Position numbers and translations under genes: made by a program
Shown here: positions 40,121 through 51,423 of the stretch, piece after piece
Position numbering within the stretch: the stretch's first letter is position 1
Layout: every line of letters starts with the position of its first letter
Notes under the pieces: generated by a model
What the model was told of the DNA's origin: nothing
What the model saw: only the letters and a program-made list of their open reading frames with translations
Database searches by the model: none
DNA from: Candidatus Eiseniibacteriota bacterium
Lineage (GTDB): Bacteria; Eisenbacteria; RBG-16-71-46; CAVPCR01
Direction: 5' to 3'
Assembly: GCA_963823555.1 (NCBI GenBank)
Contig: CAWGMA010000001.1
Span: 1,760,001 to 1,824,000, forward strand
Length of the DNA stretch: 64,000 nt

Positions 40121-43100
40121 CTAGCGGACAACCGCGACCTTGCGGCGCATGACATGGAGCGTCTCGCCGCCACCCTTGGCCTCGACGTGAACCAGGTACC
40201 CGCCGCTGGCGACGAGGTCCCCGGATCCGCTGCGCCCGTCCCAGGTGAATTCGTTGAGACCCACTGTCCCGCCGGTCGCCCCGGGCGAGAACTCCTCGCG
40301 GCGGACGAGATCGCCCGTGAGCGTGAAGATCTCGAGCACGACGGTCGCGTTGTCGTCGATCTTGTAAGCGATCGTGGTTGCTCCTTGATCGGGATGGAAC
40401 GGATTCGGGTAGTTGGTGATCGTGCCCCCGCCCGCGGTCGGATCGACGAAGGCGGTCTGGAGCTCGAGCTCGGCGCTGAGGTCGCGCGAGCGAGCGCGGA
40501 TGAGAGCCATTTCCGGCTGCCGGGCGCTCAGGTAGTCGGCGGTGGCGATCCCGAGCTCGTTGCTCAGGCTGTCGATCGGACTCAGCACGCCATTCCCCGC
40601 GACCAGCTCGAAGACAACCGGCTCCCCCGGAACCCCATTGGCATAGGCGTCGACGACGTGCGCGCTCAGGGTCGCGTGCCGGTTGCCGCCGAGCCACGAC
40701 GGGTCGCTCGCGAGCTCGCACCGCCGCCGGCACGCCGGGATCGACGGTGAGCACGTTCGAGGCCGCCGGCGCGTTCCCCAGGTCGTCACTGGCGATGAGC
40801 ACGATCGGCTCGGCGAAGGTGTAGGTCTCGCTGATCGAGCGCTGGCCCTGCAGGAGCTGGAATCGAGTGTTGAGGAGCGTCCCCCGCCCCGGCTCGCGGG
40901 TGGAGGCGTTCAGGACCTCGATGGTCACGAACGAATTGATCTCCTGGATCGTGCTGCCGGCGTCATTGGTCACCCGCACCGTGAGGGTGAAGGGCTCCCC
41001 GGCGCGGACCCGATCGGGATCGATCTGTGCTTCGAGATGGAAGCCGCTCGAGATGGCCCGCACCTGGGTCGTGGAGCCCGGACGCGACGGATCGCTGACG
41101 TCCTCGACCGTGATCTGCTGGTAGCCGCCGGTGGCGAGCCGCACGGTGAGATCGGCGGCGCCGTCGGTCAGCGGGGTGTCAGCGGGCAGGGTAGCCAGCG
41201 GGTCGTTCGACGTGATGTGAACGACGTCGCTGACGCCGTGCACGGGATTCCAGTGCTCATCAGTGGCAAGGACCGTGACGGTGAAGGCGTAGTTGATCGA
41301 CTGGTCGGTGGCTTCGCCGCTCCGCCCGCTCTCGGTCCCCGGGGCCGGGTCCTCGCCCGGAGCCAGGATGAGGAGACGAGCGAAGGGACCGGCAACCACG
41401 AGGACCGGGTTCGACGTATCGGGCTCGATCGCCGGCTGGTCGAGGTCCTGCGCCGTGATCTGCTGTTCGCCGGCGAGGAACAGGCGGCAGGGCACGACGA
41501 GCTGGCCATTGACCAGCGCGGTGTCGGCCGGCACCTCGGCGAAGGGATCGGTGGAGGAGAGTGCGACGCGATCGCTGATCCCGCCCACCAGATTCCAGTA
41601 GGCATCGACCGCGCGCACCGTGACCTGGAAGGAACTGCCAGCCGCCTGATCATTGGCCGCGCCCGACTGGCCGGTCGCGGTGCCTCCGAGCGGGGTCTCG
41701 CCGGGCAGGAGGACCTGCAGCTTGACGAAGGGTCCGGGCTGGACCTGGAAGCTCTGGCTGGTTCCGGTATGGGGTGGGGTCGAGAAATCGGCGCACGTGA
41801 AGGCCACTGCCCCGCCCGCCCCACGGAACGTGACCGCGCCGGTCCACACGCCGTCGACGAAGGTCACCAGCTCGGGCGACATGCTGCCAGAGCCGGTGTT
41901 GGCGCTCAGCACGGCATCGCCGCTGAACTCGGGGATTGTGTTGTCGTTGCCGTCGGTGGCTCGGATGGTCACCGTGACCGGACTGCCGGCGACGAGCGGG
42001 GTCGCAAACGGCTCGATCACGAAGTGATCGATGGAGCTCGGGAAGACGGGGATGTCGGCGGTCGTCATCCCTTCGATCCCGCCGTTGGTCTGGTCGGTGA
42101 CGGACAGGGTCTGCATCCCGACCGTGCCGAGCGAGACCTGGAACTGGCGATAGCCGTTGGTGAGGGCGCCGCTCTGCGGCGTGTTGGCCGCGCCATCACT
42201 CGAGAGGAGGCGGACCGTATCGCCGCTGGGAACCGGATTCCAGTAGTCGTCGGTGGCATAGATGTCGACCGGGAACGGCTCGCCTGCCGCCTGCGGGGCG
42301 GGGTTGCCGATCAGGCCGGAGACCTCCCCCGGCACCGGCGTCTCTCCCGGGACCACGATCTGGAGCCGGGCGAAGCTTCCGGGATGGACCACGAAGGGGT
42401 CGCTGGTGCCGTTCTTCTGCGATGCTTGCTCGAGGAAGGCGTAGATGTTGACGTTGCCGCGGTTGATATTGGTCTCGTCGGCCCGGTACATGGTGACCGA
42501 TCCGCTCCACTCGCCCTGGCTCAGGGTCACCCGATCCGGGGAGATCCTCCCTTCGCCGAAGCTCGTGATCTCCTTGAGAGCCACTTCGCCGCTGAAACCG
42601 GTCACCACCTGCCCGTTCGGGTCGCGGGCGCTGAGCGTGATCGACATCGGCACGCCGGCGTACTGGTTCTTCTGCGAGATGCGGGAGAACTCGAATCCAC
42701 GCAGCACGTGCACGGTCACGGCCGTTGAGACACCATCTGGAATCGTGTTGTCCGTGAGATCATGGGCGAAGACCGTGAACGAGCCCGCTGCATTCAGGGC
42801 CACGGTGAACGAACCCTCACCCGCCGCCAGCTGAGCCGGAGCCGGGAGGGTCGCGCTGCCGTCGGAGGCGAGCACCTGAATCGTGTTGGTGATCGTGGAC
42901 GCGGTGCTCCAGGTGTCATCGCAGGCGCGCACCGTGACCTCGAACGGGACCTCGGCGGCCTGGGGAATGGGCGTTCCCGTGCGACCGCTCGGCGTGCCCG
43001 GGGCTGCCGCCTCTCCCGGCAGGAGCACCTGGAGACGAGAGTAGGGGCCCGCGGCGGCTGGCAACGGAGCCAGGAACACCGTCGCGAGGAACGCCGCAAG

Positions 43101-43133
43101 CAGGGGCGACAGCATGCGCTTCGACTGGAACAC
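40121..43133 (-). CDS. Giant secreted Ig-like repeat protein with C-terminal FlgD/T9SS-like CTD; +1 frameshift near 40718
   Basis: Signal peptide; four LQVLLPGE...PG repeats; second frame gives ELASDP..NYPNPF..EIFTLTGDLV..WDGRSGSGDLVASGGY. Confidence 0.8.
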
Positions 43134-43239
43134 GATGGCTTCTCCAGCAGTGGGTTCGACGGAAACGGAATACGCGCAACGGCCCAGGTAGGAATCGGGC
43201 AGACCATGCGCGCTCGTGCGTCACGAACCATGCAGGGAG

Positions 43240-43255
43240 AGCAGAGCGCGTGCCA
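43240..43255 (-). promoter_or_regulatory. Sigma54 promoter for the repeat protein/PorV/TonB operon
   Basis: Minus strand TGGCAC-GCGCT-CTGCT about 105 nt upstream of the GTG. Confidence 0.65.
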
Positions 43256-43491
43256 CACGGTGATGCACGACCGCTCTCGCATTCTGGAGCTGGGTGGCGA
43301 TGTCGCCGAAAGTGACCGTCAACACTCGACCGCACCATTGCGCTTCGCAAGAGGTGCGCCACAGCCCCCACCTGGACGGTGTCGACTGGGTGATCGTGCC
43401 GTGCGCCATGCAGCGCAGTGCCGGGCGCGAACTGCATGGTGACAGCCGCATCATGCAGCGCCTCGCGTCTTGCAGACCGTGGCCCAGGCTC

Positions 43492-45393
43492 TCAGCACAT
43501 GGCGAGGCCGCAGTTCGGGCAGCTGCGACAGCCTTCACCATGGATCAGGCGGCCGCCGCACTCCGGGCAGCGATCCCGGCGCGCGCCGAGCGGAGCCAGG
43601 GACAGCTCCTCCTGATGGGCCGGCGCCGGGGCGACATCCAGCCCCTGATCGACGCCGGCGATCGCCCGCGCTGCCGCTTCCCCGCGCTCGAGCACCTGGC
43701 TGTCACGGCTGCCGTCGCGGTAGACGGTGATCCCCTTCAGACCGAGGCGATGGGCCAGGAGATAGGCGGCGCGCACATCAGCGATCTCGGCCGAGCGCGG
43801 GAAGTTGATGGTCTTGGAAACCGCGTTCTCGGTGTGGCGCTGGAAAGCCGCCTGCATTCGCACGTGCCACTCCGGGGAGATATCGTAGGCAGTGCGAAAC
43901 AGCCGCTGTACGCGCTCCGGAACGTGCTCGAGCCCCTGCACACCGCCGGTATGGGCGATCGCGCGCATGAGCTCCTCGGCGTAGAACCCCTCCGCGCGGG
44001 CCATGCGGACGAAGGCTGGATGCACATAGACGAGCTCCCGGCCGTCCATGACCCGCTTGATGAAGCTGACCGCGAACAAGGGCTCGATGCCCGAGGAGCA
44101 GTCAGCGATCATGGCCAGGGTTCCGGTCGGTGCAACGGTCGTCACCGTGGCGTTCCGCCGCGGCTGGTCGCCGCGATACACCGAGCCGTCGAAGGCCGGG
44201 AACGGACCGCGCTCGCGGGCGAGCGCGACCGTGGCCTCGATGGCCGCCTCCTGCACCGCCTGCATGACGCGCTCGCCGAGGGCGATCCCTTCCTCCGAAT
44301 CGTAGGGAATGCCCAGCTCGATCAGGAGGTCGGCAAAGCCCATGACCCCGAGACCCACCTTGCGGTTTCGCTTGACGACGGCCTCGATCTCGGGGAGCGG
44401 ATAGCGATTGACATCGATGACGTCGTCGAGAAAGCGGATGGCGAGGCCAACCACCTCGGCCAGGCGGTCCCAGTCGACACCGCCGCCGCGCCCAAAGCAG
44501 GTCAGATTGATCGAACCGAGGTTGCACGCCTCGAAGGGCAGGAGCGGCTGCTCCCCGCAGGGGTTCGTGGCCTCGATCGGTCCCTGATCCGGCGTCGGAT
44601 TCTGTTCGTTCAGGCGGTCGAGAAAGACGAGCCCAGGGTCACCCGTGCGCCACGCATTGGCGACGATTCGGTCGAAGAGGGCAATGGCATCGATGCGGCC
44701 GACCACCGCCCCGCTCTGGGGATCGCGGAGGAGAAAGTCCCGCCCGGCCTCGACCGCGGCCATGAACTCCTCCGTCACACCCACCGACAGGTTGAAGTTG
44801 GTGAGCTCGCGGGGGTCGTTCTTGATATCGATGAACTCACCGATATCCGGGTGGTCGACGCGCAGGATGCCCATGTTGGCCCCTCGCCGCGTGCCGCCCT
44901 GTTTGATCGCCTCGGTGGCCCCATTGAACACGCGCAGGAAGGAGACCGGCCCCGAGGCCACACCGGAGGAGGAGCGAACGACCGACCCCCGCGGGCGCAG
45001 GCGGCTGAAGGCGAAGCCCGTGCCTCCCCCGGACTGATGGATGAGAGCGGCCTGCTTCAGCGTGTCGAAGATGCCCGTGAGGGAATCCTCGACCGGCAGG
45101 ACGAAGCAGGCGGCCAGCTGGCCGAGCGGCCGCCCGGCGTTCATGAGCGTGGGGCTGTTGGGGAGGAAGGCGCGGCGGCGCAGGATTTCCTCGAACCGCG
45201 TCGCGACCGCCTCGACCTGAGCGGCCGTCGCCCTGCCCACCTCGGCACCGGCCACGAACTGCGCCACCCGGCGCCACATGGTCTCCGGGGTCTCGATGAC
45301 CCGTCCAGCGGCGTCCCGGCTCAGATAGCGGCGCTCGAGGACCTCGCGGGCGTTGGCGCTCAATTCGGCGGCTGACTGCATAGTGACGATCAT
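43492..45393 (-). CDS. nrdJ: Class II (adenosylcobalamin-dependent) ribonucleotide reductase
   Basis: PNSPTLMNAG, AACF, GGGTG, TNPCGE, APTGT, SKTIN, C-terminal CPEC..C..C zinc ribbon. Confidence 0.92.
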   Translation of the reverse strand: MIVTMQSAAELSANAREVLERRYLSRDAAGRVIETPETMWRRVAQFVAGAEVGRATAAQVEAVATRFEEILRRRAFLPNSPTLMNAGRPLGQLAACFVLPVEDSLTGIFDTLKQAALIHQSGGGTGFAFSRLRPRGSVVRSSSGVASGPVSFLRVFNGATEAIKQGGTRRGANMGILRVDHPDIGEFIDIKNDPRELTNFNLSVGVTEEFMAAVEAGRDFLLRDPQSGAVVGRIDAIALFDRIVANAWRTGDPGLVFLDRLNEQNPTPDQGPIEATNPCGEQPLLPFEACNLGSINLTCFGRGGGVDWDRLAEVVGLAIRFLDDVIDVNRYPLPEIEAVVKRNRKVGLGVMGFADLLIELGIPYDSEEGIALGERVMQAVQEAAIEATVALARERGPFPAFDGSVYRGDQPRRNATVTTVAPTGTLAMIADCSSGIEPLFAVSFIKRVMDGRELVYVHPAFVRMARAEGFYAEELMRAIAHTGGVQGLEHVPERVQRLFRTAYDISPEWHVRMQAAFQRHTENAVSKTINFPRSAEIADVRAAYLLAHRLGLKGITVYRDGSRDSQVLERGEAAARAIAGVDQGLDVAPAPAHQEELSLAPLGARRDRCPECGGRLIHGEGCRSCPNCGLAMC

Positions 45394-45421
45394 GTCCGGC
45401 CTCCGGCCACTTGACGAGACG

Positions 45422-45465
45422 ATACATTTGTATAGTTATCTTAGCACCGCGCTCTCCTGACGCAA
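45422..45465 (-). promoter_or_regulatory. Sigma70 promoter plus palindromic operator-like site for nrdJ
   Basis: TTGCGT-N16-TAAGAT with a TG extension, followed by ATACAAATGTAT (45422-45433). Confidence 0.5.
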
Positions 45466-45522
45466 GGGAAAATCGGGTGCGGGCGGCTGGCAGTCGGGGC
45501 GCGTGGCTGGGCTGGGAGCGAC

Positions 45523-46962
45523 CTAGTACAGAGCCAGCGCGCCCGCGGTGGCGAGCTGATAGAGGACGGCGGGGAAGACGCCCAGGTGCAGCGTGCCGTA
45601 GGTCGCGACCAGGACGGCCAGGGCGGGAGCCAGGGTAGTGCGCATGCCGCGGGTCCACGCCACGGCGGGCTCCTTCAGGAAGAGCGCGATGACGACGCGC
45701 AGGTAGTAGGCAGCGCCGATCACCGAATTGAGGAGCGCGATCACCGCGAGGCCGGTCAGGTTGGCGCGGATCGCCGCGCCGAACACGTAGAACTTGCCCA
45801 TGAAGCCGGCCGTCGGTGGGATGCCGGCGAGAGAGAACATGAACAAGGCGAGCGCCGCCGCCAGGAGCGGGCGCTCGACGGCGAGTCCGGCGTAGTCGTC
45901 GATCTGCGTCCCCCTGCCCTCGCGCTCGAAGATGGCGACCACGGCGAAGGCTCCGAGGTTCATCAGGGCGTACGCCACGAGGTAGAAGAGGATGCCCGAG
46001 GTCCCGAACTCATCGCCCGCCGCCACCCCGACCAAGAGGTAGCCGGCGTGTGCGATCGAGGAGTAGGCCAGCAGTCGCTTCAAGCTGCGCTGCACCACGG
46101 CCAGGACGTTACCCACCGTCATGGTGAGGATCGCCATCACGGTCCACAAGGACTGCACGTGTTCGGCCAGCGGGAACAGGCCGACATCGAACACGCGCAG
46201 GAGCGCGGCGAAGGCTCCGGCCTTGGGTACCACGGCCATGAAGGCGGTGATGATCGTTGGAGCTCCTTCGTAGACATCGGGCGTCCACATGTGGAAGGGC
46301 ACCGCAGCGATCTTGAAGCCGAGCCCGACGATGACGAGGGCCATGCCGGCCATGACCAGGATCCCGCTGGCCTGCCCCATCTCGAGCACCAGCGCGATGC
46401 CGCGCAGACTCGTGGTCCCCGTCGCTCCGTAGAGCAACGCGATCCCGTACAGCAGGAAAGACGAGGCGAAAGCGCCGAGCAACAGGTACTTGAGACAGGA
46501 CTCCTCCGCCGGTAGATCGCGCCGGTAGCCCGCGAGAACGTAGAGCGCGATCGAATGCACCTCGAGGCCGAGGAAGACGATGAGGAAATCATCGGCCGCC
46601 GCCATCAGCAGGGCACCCAGACCCGAGAAGAGGAGCAGCGCGTAGAATTCGCCCGAATGCAGGCGGAACCGTTGGGCGTAGTCCGGAGCCATCAGGAGCA
46701 CGATCGCGAGCGCGGCGAGCAACAGCGCCCGCATGAACTGGGTGAACGCATCGATGGCGATCATCCCGGCTCCCACCACCGCTGCGTCGCCGCCCTGCCG
46801 CGTCATCGCCAGGGCGGCGACAGCCACCACGGCGAGGGACATGATCCAGGCCACTCGGCCATGCTGGCCGCGGGCATCGACGAGGAGCACGAGCAGGGCC
46901 CCCAGCGTGAGCAGGATCTCAGGGAGCAGGAGGCCCAGGGATAGATCCGGCATCTCGATCAT
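45523..46962 (-). CDS. nuoN: NADH-quinone oxidoreductase subunit N
   Basis: EFY.L, KY.LLG, FKIAAVPFHMWTPDVYEGAP, KRLLAYSSIAH. Confidence 0.95.
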   Translation of the reverse strand: MIEMPDLSLGLLLPEILLTLGALLVLLVDARGQHGRVAWIMSLAVVAVAALAMTRQGGDAAVVGAGMIAIDAFTQFMRALLLAALAIVLLMAPDYAQRFRLHSGEFYALLLFSGLGALLMAAADDFLIVFLGLEVHSIALYVLAGYRRDLPAEESCLKYLLLGAFASSFLLYGIALLYGATGTTSLRGIALVLEMGQASGILVMAGMALVIVGLGFKIAAVPFHMWTPDVYEGAPTIITAFMAVVPKAGAFAALLRVFDVGLFPLAEHVQSLWTVMAILTMTVGNVLAVVQRSLKRLLAYSSIAHAGYLLVGVAAGDEFGTSGILFYLVAYALMNLGAFAVVAIFEREGRGTQIDDYAGLAVERPLLAAALALFMFSLAGIPPTAGFMGKFYVFGAAIRANLTGLAVIALLNSVIGAAYYLRVVIALFLKEPAVAWTRGMRTTLAPALAVLVATYGTLHLGVFPAVLYQLATAGALALY

Positions 46963-48536
46963 GGATTCACTCCCACGCCGAGGATCTTGGCGTCGACCAC
47001 GACCCCGTCGGAACCGCCATCCGCTGCGGCCCATGGCGCGCCCGCCGCGTCGAGGGCGGCCTCACGCGCACTCATGTCGAGAAGGAGGCGATCCACCGCC
47101 GCCTCAGCCGGACGGGTGAAGAAGTGCGGCTTCACACCGATCGCGAACACGAGGAGCAAGAGCGGCAAGAGGGATACGATCTCGCGGGCCTTCAGATCAG
47201 CGATGTCGCGCGCCGCCCCTCCCACCTCGCCGAAGAACACCCGCCGCACCATCCACAGCATGTAGCCGGCGCCGAGCACGACACCCGTCGCTCCCAGAAT
47301 GCCATAGAGCGCGCGATCCTTGAATACGCCGAAGAGGATCAGGAACTCGCCGGCAAAGCCATTCGTGCTCGGGAGCCCGATCGATGCCAGCACGAAGACC
47401 ATGGCGATGGCACTGAATACAGGCATGGCCCGCGCCACTCCCGAGAAGTCGGCGATCATACGCGTATGCGTCCGATCGTAGAGCATGCCCACGAGGAGGA
47501 AGAGCGCCCCGGTGTTGATCCCATGGTTCACCATCTGCAGGATTCCGCCGATGATCCCCTCCGGGTTCATGGCGAAGAGACCGAGAATGACGAATCCGAG
47601 ATGTGAGACGCTCGAGTAGGCCACGAGCTTCTTGAGATCGGTCTGGGCCAGTGCCATCAGAGCACCGTAGATGATGCCGGCGATGGCCAGCCACGCGAGT
47701 AGCGGCGCCAGATCCACGCTGGCCCGCGGGAAGAACGGGAGGCAGAAGCGGAGGAAACCGTAGGTGCCCATCTTGAGGAGCACCCCGGCCAGGATGACCG
47801 ACCCGCCGGTGGGCGCCTCGACATGGGCGTCCGGAAGCCAGGTGTGGAACGGCAGGAGCGGCACCTTGATGGCGAAGGCCACCGCGAAGGCGAGGAATAG
47901 CCAGCGCTCGAGACCTGCACCGACCATGACCGTACGCAGCACCTCGTAGTCGAAGCTCATCTGGCCCGTCTCGCGGGCACCCATGAAGGCCAGGATCAGG
48001 ATGGCGGCGAGCATGAGCACGCTGCCTGCCATGGTATAGAGGAAGAACTTGACCGCGGCATAGATGCGGCGGCCGCCTCCCCAGATCCCGATCAGGAAGT
48101 ACATCGGGATCAACATGGCCTCCCAGAAGACATAGAAGAGGAGCATATCCAGAGCCATGAAGACGCCGAGCATCGCCGCCTCGAGGATGAGGAAGAAGGC
48201 GAGATAGCTCCGGAGCCTGCTCTTGATCGACCAGCTCGTTCCGAGGAGCGCGAGCGGGGTCAGAACGGCCGTCAACATCACCAGCAGGAGTGAGATGCCG
48301 TCGATGCCAACGTGATAGGTCGCTCCGACGGCGTTGATCCAGGGCACCTGGCGCTCGAACTGCACGAGGGGCGACGAAGCATCGAATCCGCTCCAGACCT
48401 GGAGCACGACGGCGAGCGCGAGGAGCGAGCCGAGGAGGGCCAGCCCGCGCTGGAGCCCGGCCGCTCCTCCCGGCATGAGGAGGATGAGGATCCCGGTCAG
48501 GGCCGGGATGGCGATGGCTAAGCTCAGGGGATCCAT
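46959..48536 (-). CDS. nuoM: NADH-quinone oxidoreductase subunit M
   Basis: DGIS, FWEAMLIPM, HTWLPDAHVEAP, LLKMGTYG. Confidence 0.95.
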   Translation of the reverse strand: MDPLSLAIAIPALTGILILLMPGGAAGLQRGLALLGSLLALAVVLQVWSGFDASSPLVQFERQVPWINAVGATYHVGIDGISLLLVMLTAVLTPLALLGTSWSIKSRLRSYLAFFLILEAAMLGVFMALDMLLFYVFWEAMLIPMYFLIGIWGGGRRIYAAVKFFLYTMAGSVLMLAAILILAFMGARETGQMSFDYEVLRTVMVGAGLERWLFLAFAVAFAIKVPLLPFHTWLPDAHVEAPTGGSVILAGVLLKMGTYGFLRFCLPFFPRASVDLAPLLAWLAIAGIIYGALMALAQTDLKKLVAYSSVSHLGFVILGLFAMNPEGIIGGILQMVNHGINTGALFLLVGMLYDRTHTRMIADFSGVARAMPVFSAIAMVFVLASIGLPSTNGFAGEFLILFGVFKDRALYGILGATGVVLGAGYMLWMVRRVFFGEVGGAARDIADLKAREIVSLLPLLLLVFAIGVKPHFFTRPAEAAVDRLLLDMSAREAALDAAGAPWAAADGGSDGVVVDAKILGVGVNP

Positions 48537-50452
48537 CACGACCTCCACGCCAGACCGAGGATGATGACCACCCCGAGGAGCAACACCAGCGCGTACCGCC
48601 GGACATAGCCCGATTGCACGATTCGCAGGCGCTCGGCCGTTCCGCGGATCAGAGCCGCTGTGCCGTTCACCATGCCATCGATGATGGCGAGGTCGAAATC
48701 CCGGTACAGGAATCCCGACAGCACGACCAGCGGCCGCACGACCAGGGCCTGGTAGATCTCGTCGAAGTAGTACTTGTTCGAGAACAAGGAGTAGGGCGCG
48801 GCGAACCGCTCGCGTAATGAGGTGGCGAGCGCCGGCCGCCACAGATAGGCCATGAGACCGAGGACGACGCCGGCGACAGCCACCGCCAGCGAGATCCCGG
48901 CGAGGCCGAGCTCGAGCCCGTGGCTCGCATGCCCGTGTTGCGCCGTCAGCGCAATATGCTCGGCATCGGCGAACACAGGGGCGAGGAAGGTGCCGAAGCG
49001 GTTACCGCCCTCGATGAAGGGAATGCCGACCCAGCCGCCAATCACCGAGAGCACCGCCAGCGCGACGAGCACGATCGCCATCGACGGCGGGGCTTCATGG
49101 GGGTGCGCGTGGGAATCGAGCCGGCTCTCGCCGTAGAAGGTGAGCGCCATCAGACGGAACATGTAGAAGGCGGTGAGCAACGCGCCGCCGAGACCGAGCG
49201 CCCAGAACAGAGGCCCGCGGGCCAGGAAGGTCTCGAAGAGGATCTCGTCCTTCGAGAAGAAGCCGGCGAGCGGGAAGATCCCGGCGATGGCCAGCGAACC
49301 GACGAGGAAGGTGACATGGGTCACTGGGAGCCGGCTCTTGAGCGCTCCCATCCGCCGCATGTCCTGCTCGCCGTGAAGGGCGTGAATGACGCTCCCTGAC
49401 CCGAGAAAGAGCAAGGCCTTGAAGAAGGCGTGCGTCATCAAGTGGAAGATGGCGGCGGCGAAGGCGCCCACGCCGCACCCCAGGAACATGTACCCGAGCT
49501 GCGAGATGGTCGAATAGGCGAGCACCCGCTTGATGTCGTTCTGAGTGAGCGCGATGGTGGCCGCCATGAGCGCCGTGGCCAGGCCGACGATCGCGACGAC
49601 CGCGAGCGCAGCCGGGGCCATCAGGTAGAGGACATGCGTGCGGGCGACCAGGTAGACGCCGGCGGTGACCATCGTTGCGGCATGGATGAGCGCCGACACC
49701 GGCGTCGGACCTTCCATGGCGTCGGGTAGCCAGACATGGAGGGGAATCTGCGCCGACTTCCCCGTGGCTCCGATGAACAGGAGGATGGCGATCGTCGTCA
49801 CCAGCGCCCCACCGGGAACCAGCTCCCGCGGCGCACGCTCGAGCACCACGGCCAGATCGAGGCTCGAGAAGTGAGTGGCGATGAGGAAGAGACCGATCAG
49901 GAATGCGAGGTCACCCACCCGGTTGACCAGGAATGCCTTCATGCCGGCGGTCGGCGGCGCCGGCTTCGTGAACCAGAAGCCGATCAGGAGGTACGAGCAG
50001 AGGCCCACACCCTCCCAGCCGAGAAAGAGGAGGAGCAGGTTCCCGCCGAGCACCAGGCAGAGCATGGCGAGGAGAAAGAGGTTGAGGTAGGCAAAGTAGC
50101 GCCACTCCCCGCCCTCATCGCCCCGCATGTATCCGAGCGAATAGACATGGATCAGGAAGCCGACGCCGGTGACGACAAGCACCATCACCGCGGAGAGCGC
50201 GTCGAGCCGGAAGGTGAGGGCTGTGGAGAGGCTGCCGGCGCTGATCCAGTCGCCGAGCGACGCCTCGAGCACCCGGGCGTCCGGTGGCAACGGAAGCAGG
50301 AGCCGTACGGCGCTCACCGCAGCCAGGAAGGCTCCGAGCGCGGCCAGGACCCCCAGGGCACCGGCCACCCGCGCCGGGAGCCGGAAGCCGACGATCCCGT
50401 TCACCAGGAAACCGAGCAGGGGGAATAGCGGCATCAGGAGGAGCGGGCTCAT
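48536..50452 (-). CDS. nuoL: NADH-quinone oxidoreductase subunit L
   Basis: [50 protein letters not shown]. Confidence 0.96.
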   Translation of the reverse strand: MSPLLLMPLFPLLGFLVNGIVGFRLPARVAGALGVLAALGAFLAAVSAVRLLLPLPPDARVLEASLGDWISAGSLSTALTFRLDALSAVMVLVVTGVGFLIHVYSLGYMRGDEGGEWRYFAYLNLFLLAMLCLVLGGNLLLLFLGWEGVGLCSYLLIGFWFTKPAPPTAGMKAFLVNRVGDLAFLIGLFLIATHFSSLDLAVVLERAPRELVPGGALVTTIAILLFIGATGKSAQIPLHVWLPDAMEGPTPVSALIHAATMVTAGVYLVARTHVLYLMAPAALAVVAIVGLATALMAATIALTQNDIKRVLAYSTISQLGYMFLGCGVGAFAAAIFHLMTHAFFKALLFLGSGSVIHALHGEQDMRRMGALKSRLPVTHVTFLVGSLAIAGIFPLAGFFSKDEILFETFLARGPLFWALGLGGALLTAFYMFRLMALTFYGESRLDSHAHPHEAPPSMAIVLVALAVLSVIGGWVGIPFIEGGNRFGTFLAPVFADAEHIALTAQHGHASHGLELGLAGISLAVAVAGVVLGLMAYLWRPALATSLRERFAAPYSLFSNKYYFDEIYQALVVRPLVVLSGFLYRDFDLAIIDGMVNGTAALIRGTAERLRIVQSGYVRRYALVLLLGVVIILGLAWRS

Positions 50453-50503
50453 GGCTTGCCCCCGCACCGAGCGCGCAAGAGCGCGTCACCGGTGGCGCTC
50501 GCG

Positions 50504-50806
50504 CTAGAACTTGAGCAGGTTGATCTGATCCACATCGGTTGTGGCTCGATTCCGGAAGATGGCGACGATGATCCCCAGCCCGACGACGACCTCGGCCGCC
50601 GCGACGGCAAGAGAGAAGAAGACGATGGCCTGACCGTCGATCGAGCCGAGCAGGCGCGAGAATGCGACGAAGGTGAGGTTCACCGCATTGAGCATGAGCT
50701 CGATGCACATGAAGATGATGATTGCCTCGCGACGGATGACTACCCCGACGAGACCGATCGCAAACATCACGGCGGCCAGGTAGAGAAAGGCAGGCGCGGA
50801 GATCAT
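50504..50806 (-). CDS. nuoK: NADH-quinone oxidoreductase subunit K
   Basis: [17 protein letters not shown]. Confidence 0.95.
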   Translation of the reverse strand: MISAPAFLYLAAVMFAIGLVGVVIRREAIIIFMCIELMLNAVNLTFVAFSRLLGSIDGQAIVFFSLAVAAAEVVVGLGIIVAIFRNRATTDVDQINLLKF

Positions 50807-51423
50807 CGGCGGTCCTCCCCGGCCGCGAGTTCCATGCCGGCCCCTTCCGCCGGCGCCTGGCCCTCTCCATTCCAGCCGCTGTCGCTGCCGCTCACGCCGG
50901 GCGGCGCATAGGCCGACTCCGGCCCCGCCTGGGCGCGACGGGCGAGGACCACCGCCCCCACCATACCGACGACCAGGAGGATGGAGACGATCTCGAACGG
51001 GATCAGGTAGCGGGTGAAGAGCACGCCGGACACGGCCTCCACCGAGCCGAAGCCCTCGGGGACCGGCAGGTTGAGATCACCGAGATAGGATCCGGTCGCC
51101 ACCACCGCCGCCAGCTGCCCGGCCACGAGTGCGGCCAGCACGAGGGCGAGGATGAGCGGCCCCCGGCGGCGTTCGAGCAAGATCTCCTGTCTCAAGCTCA
51201 GGAACATGATCACGAAGAGGAAGAGGACGACGATAGCCCCGGCGTAGACGATGATCTGCACAGCCGCCACGAAGGGCGCGTCGAGCAGGACGAAGGCCAC
51301 CGCCGTGGCCGCGAACACGACCACCATGTAGAGCGCGGAGTAGACGGGGTTCTTGTGCCCGATCATGGCCACCGAGGCTCCGATGGCGACGAGCGCGAGC
51401 AGACCGAAGAGGACCACACCCAT
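50803..51423 (-). CDS. nuoJ: NADH-quinone oxidoreductase subunit J
   Basis: [32 protein letters not shown]. Confidence 0.95.
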   Translation of the reverse strand: MGVVLFGLLALVAIGASVAMIGHKNPVYSALYMVVVFAATAVAFVLLDAPFVAAVQIIVYAGAIVVLFLFVIMFLSLRQEILLERRRGPLILALVLAALVAGQLAAVVATGSYLGDLNLPVPEGFGSVEAVSGVLFTRYLIPFEIVSILLVVGMVGAVVLARRAQAGPESAYAPPGVSGSDSGWNGEGQAPAEGAGMELAAGEDRR

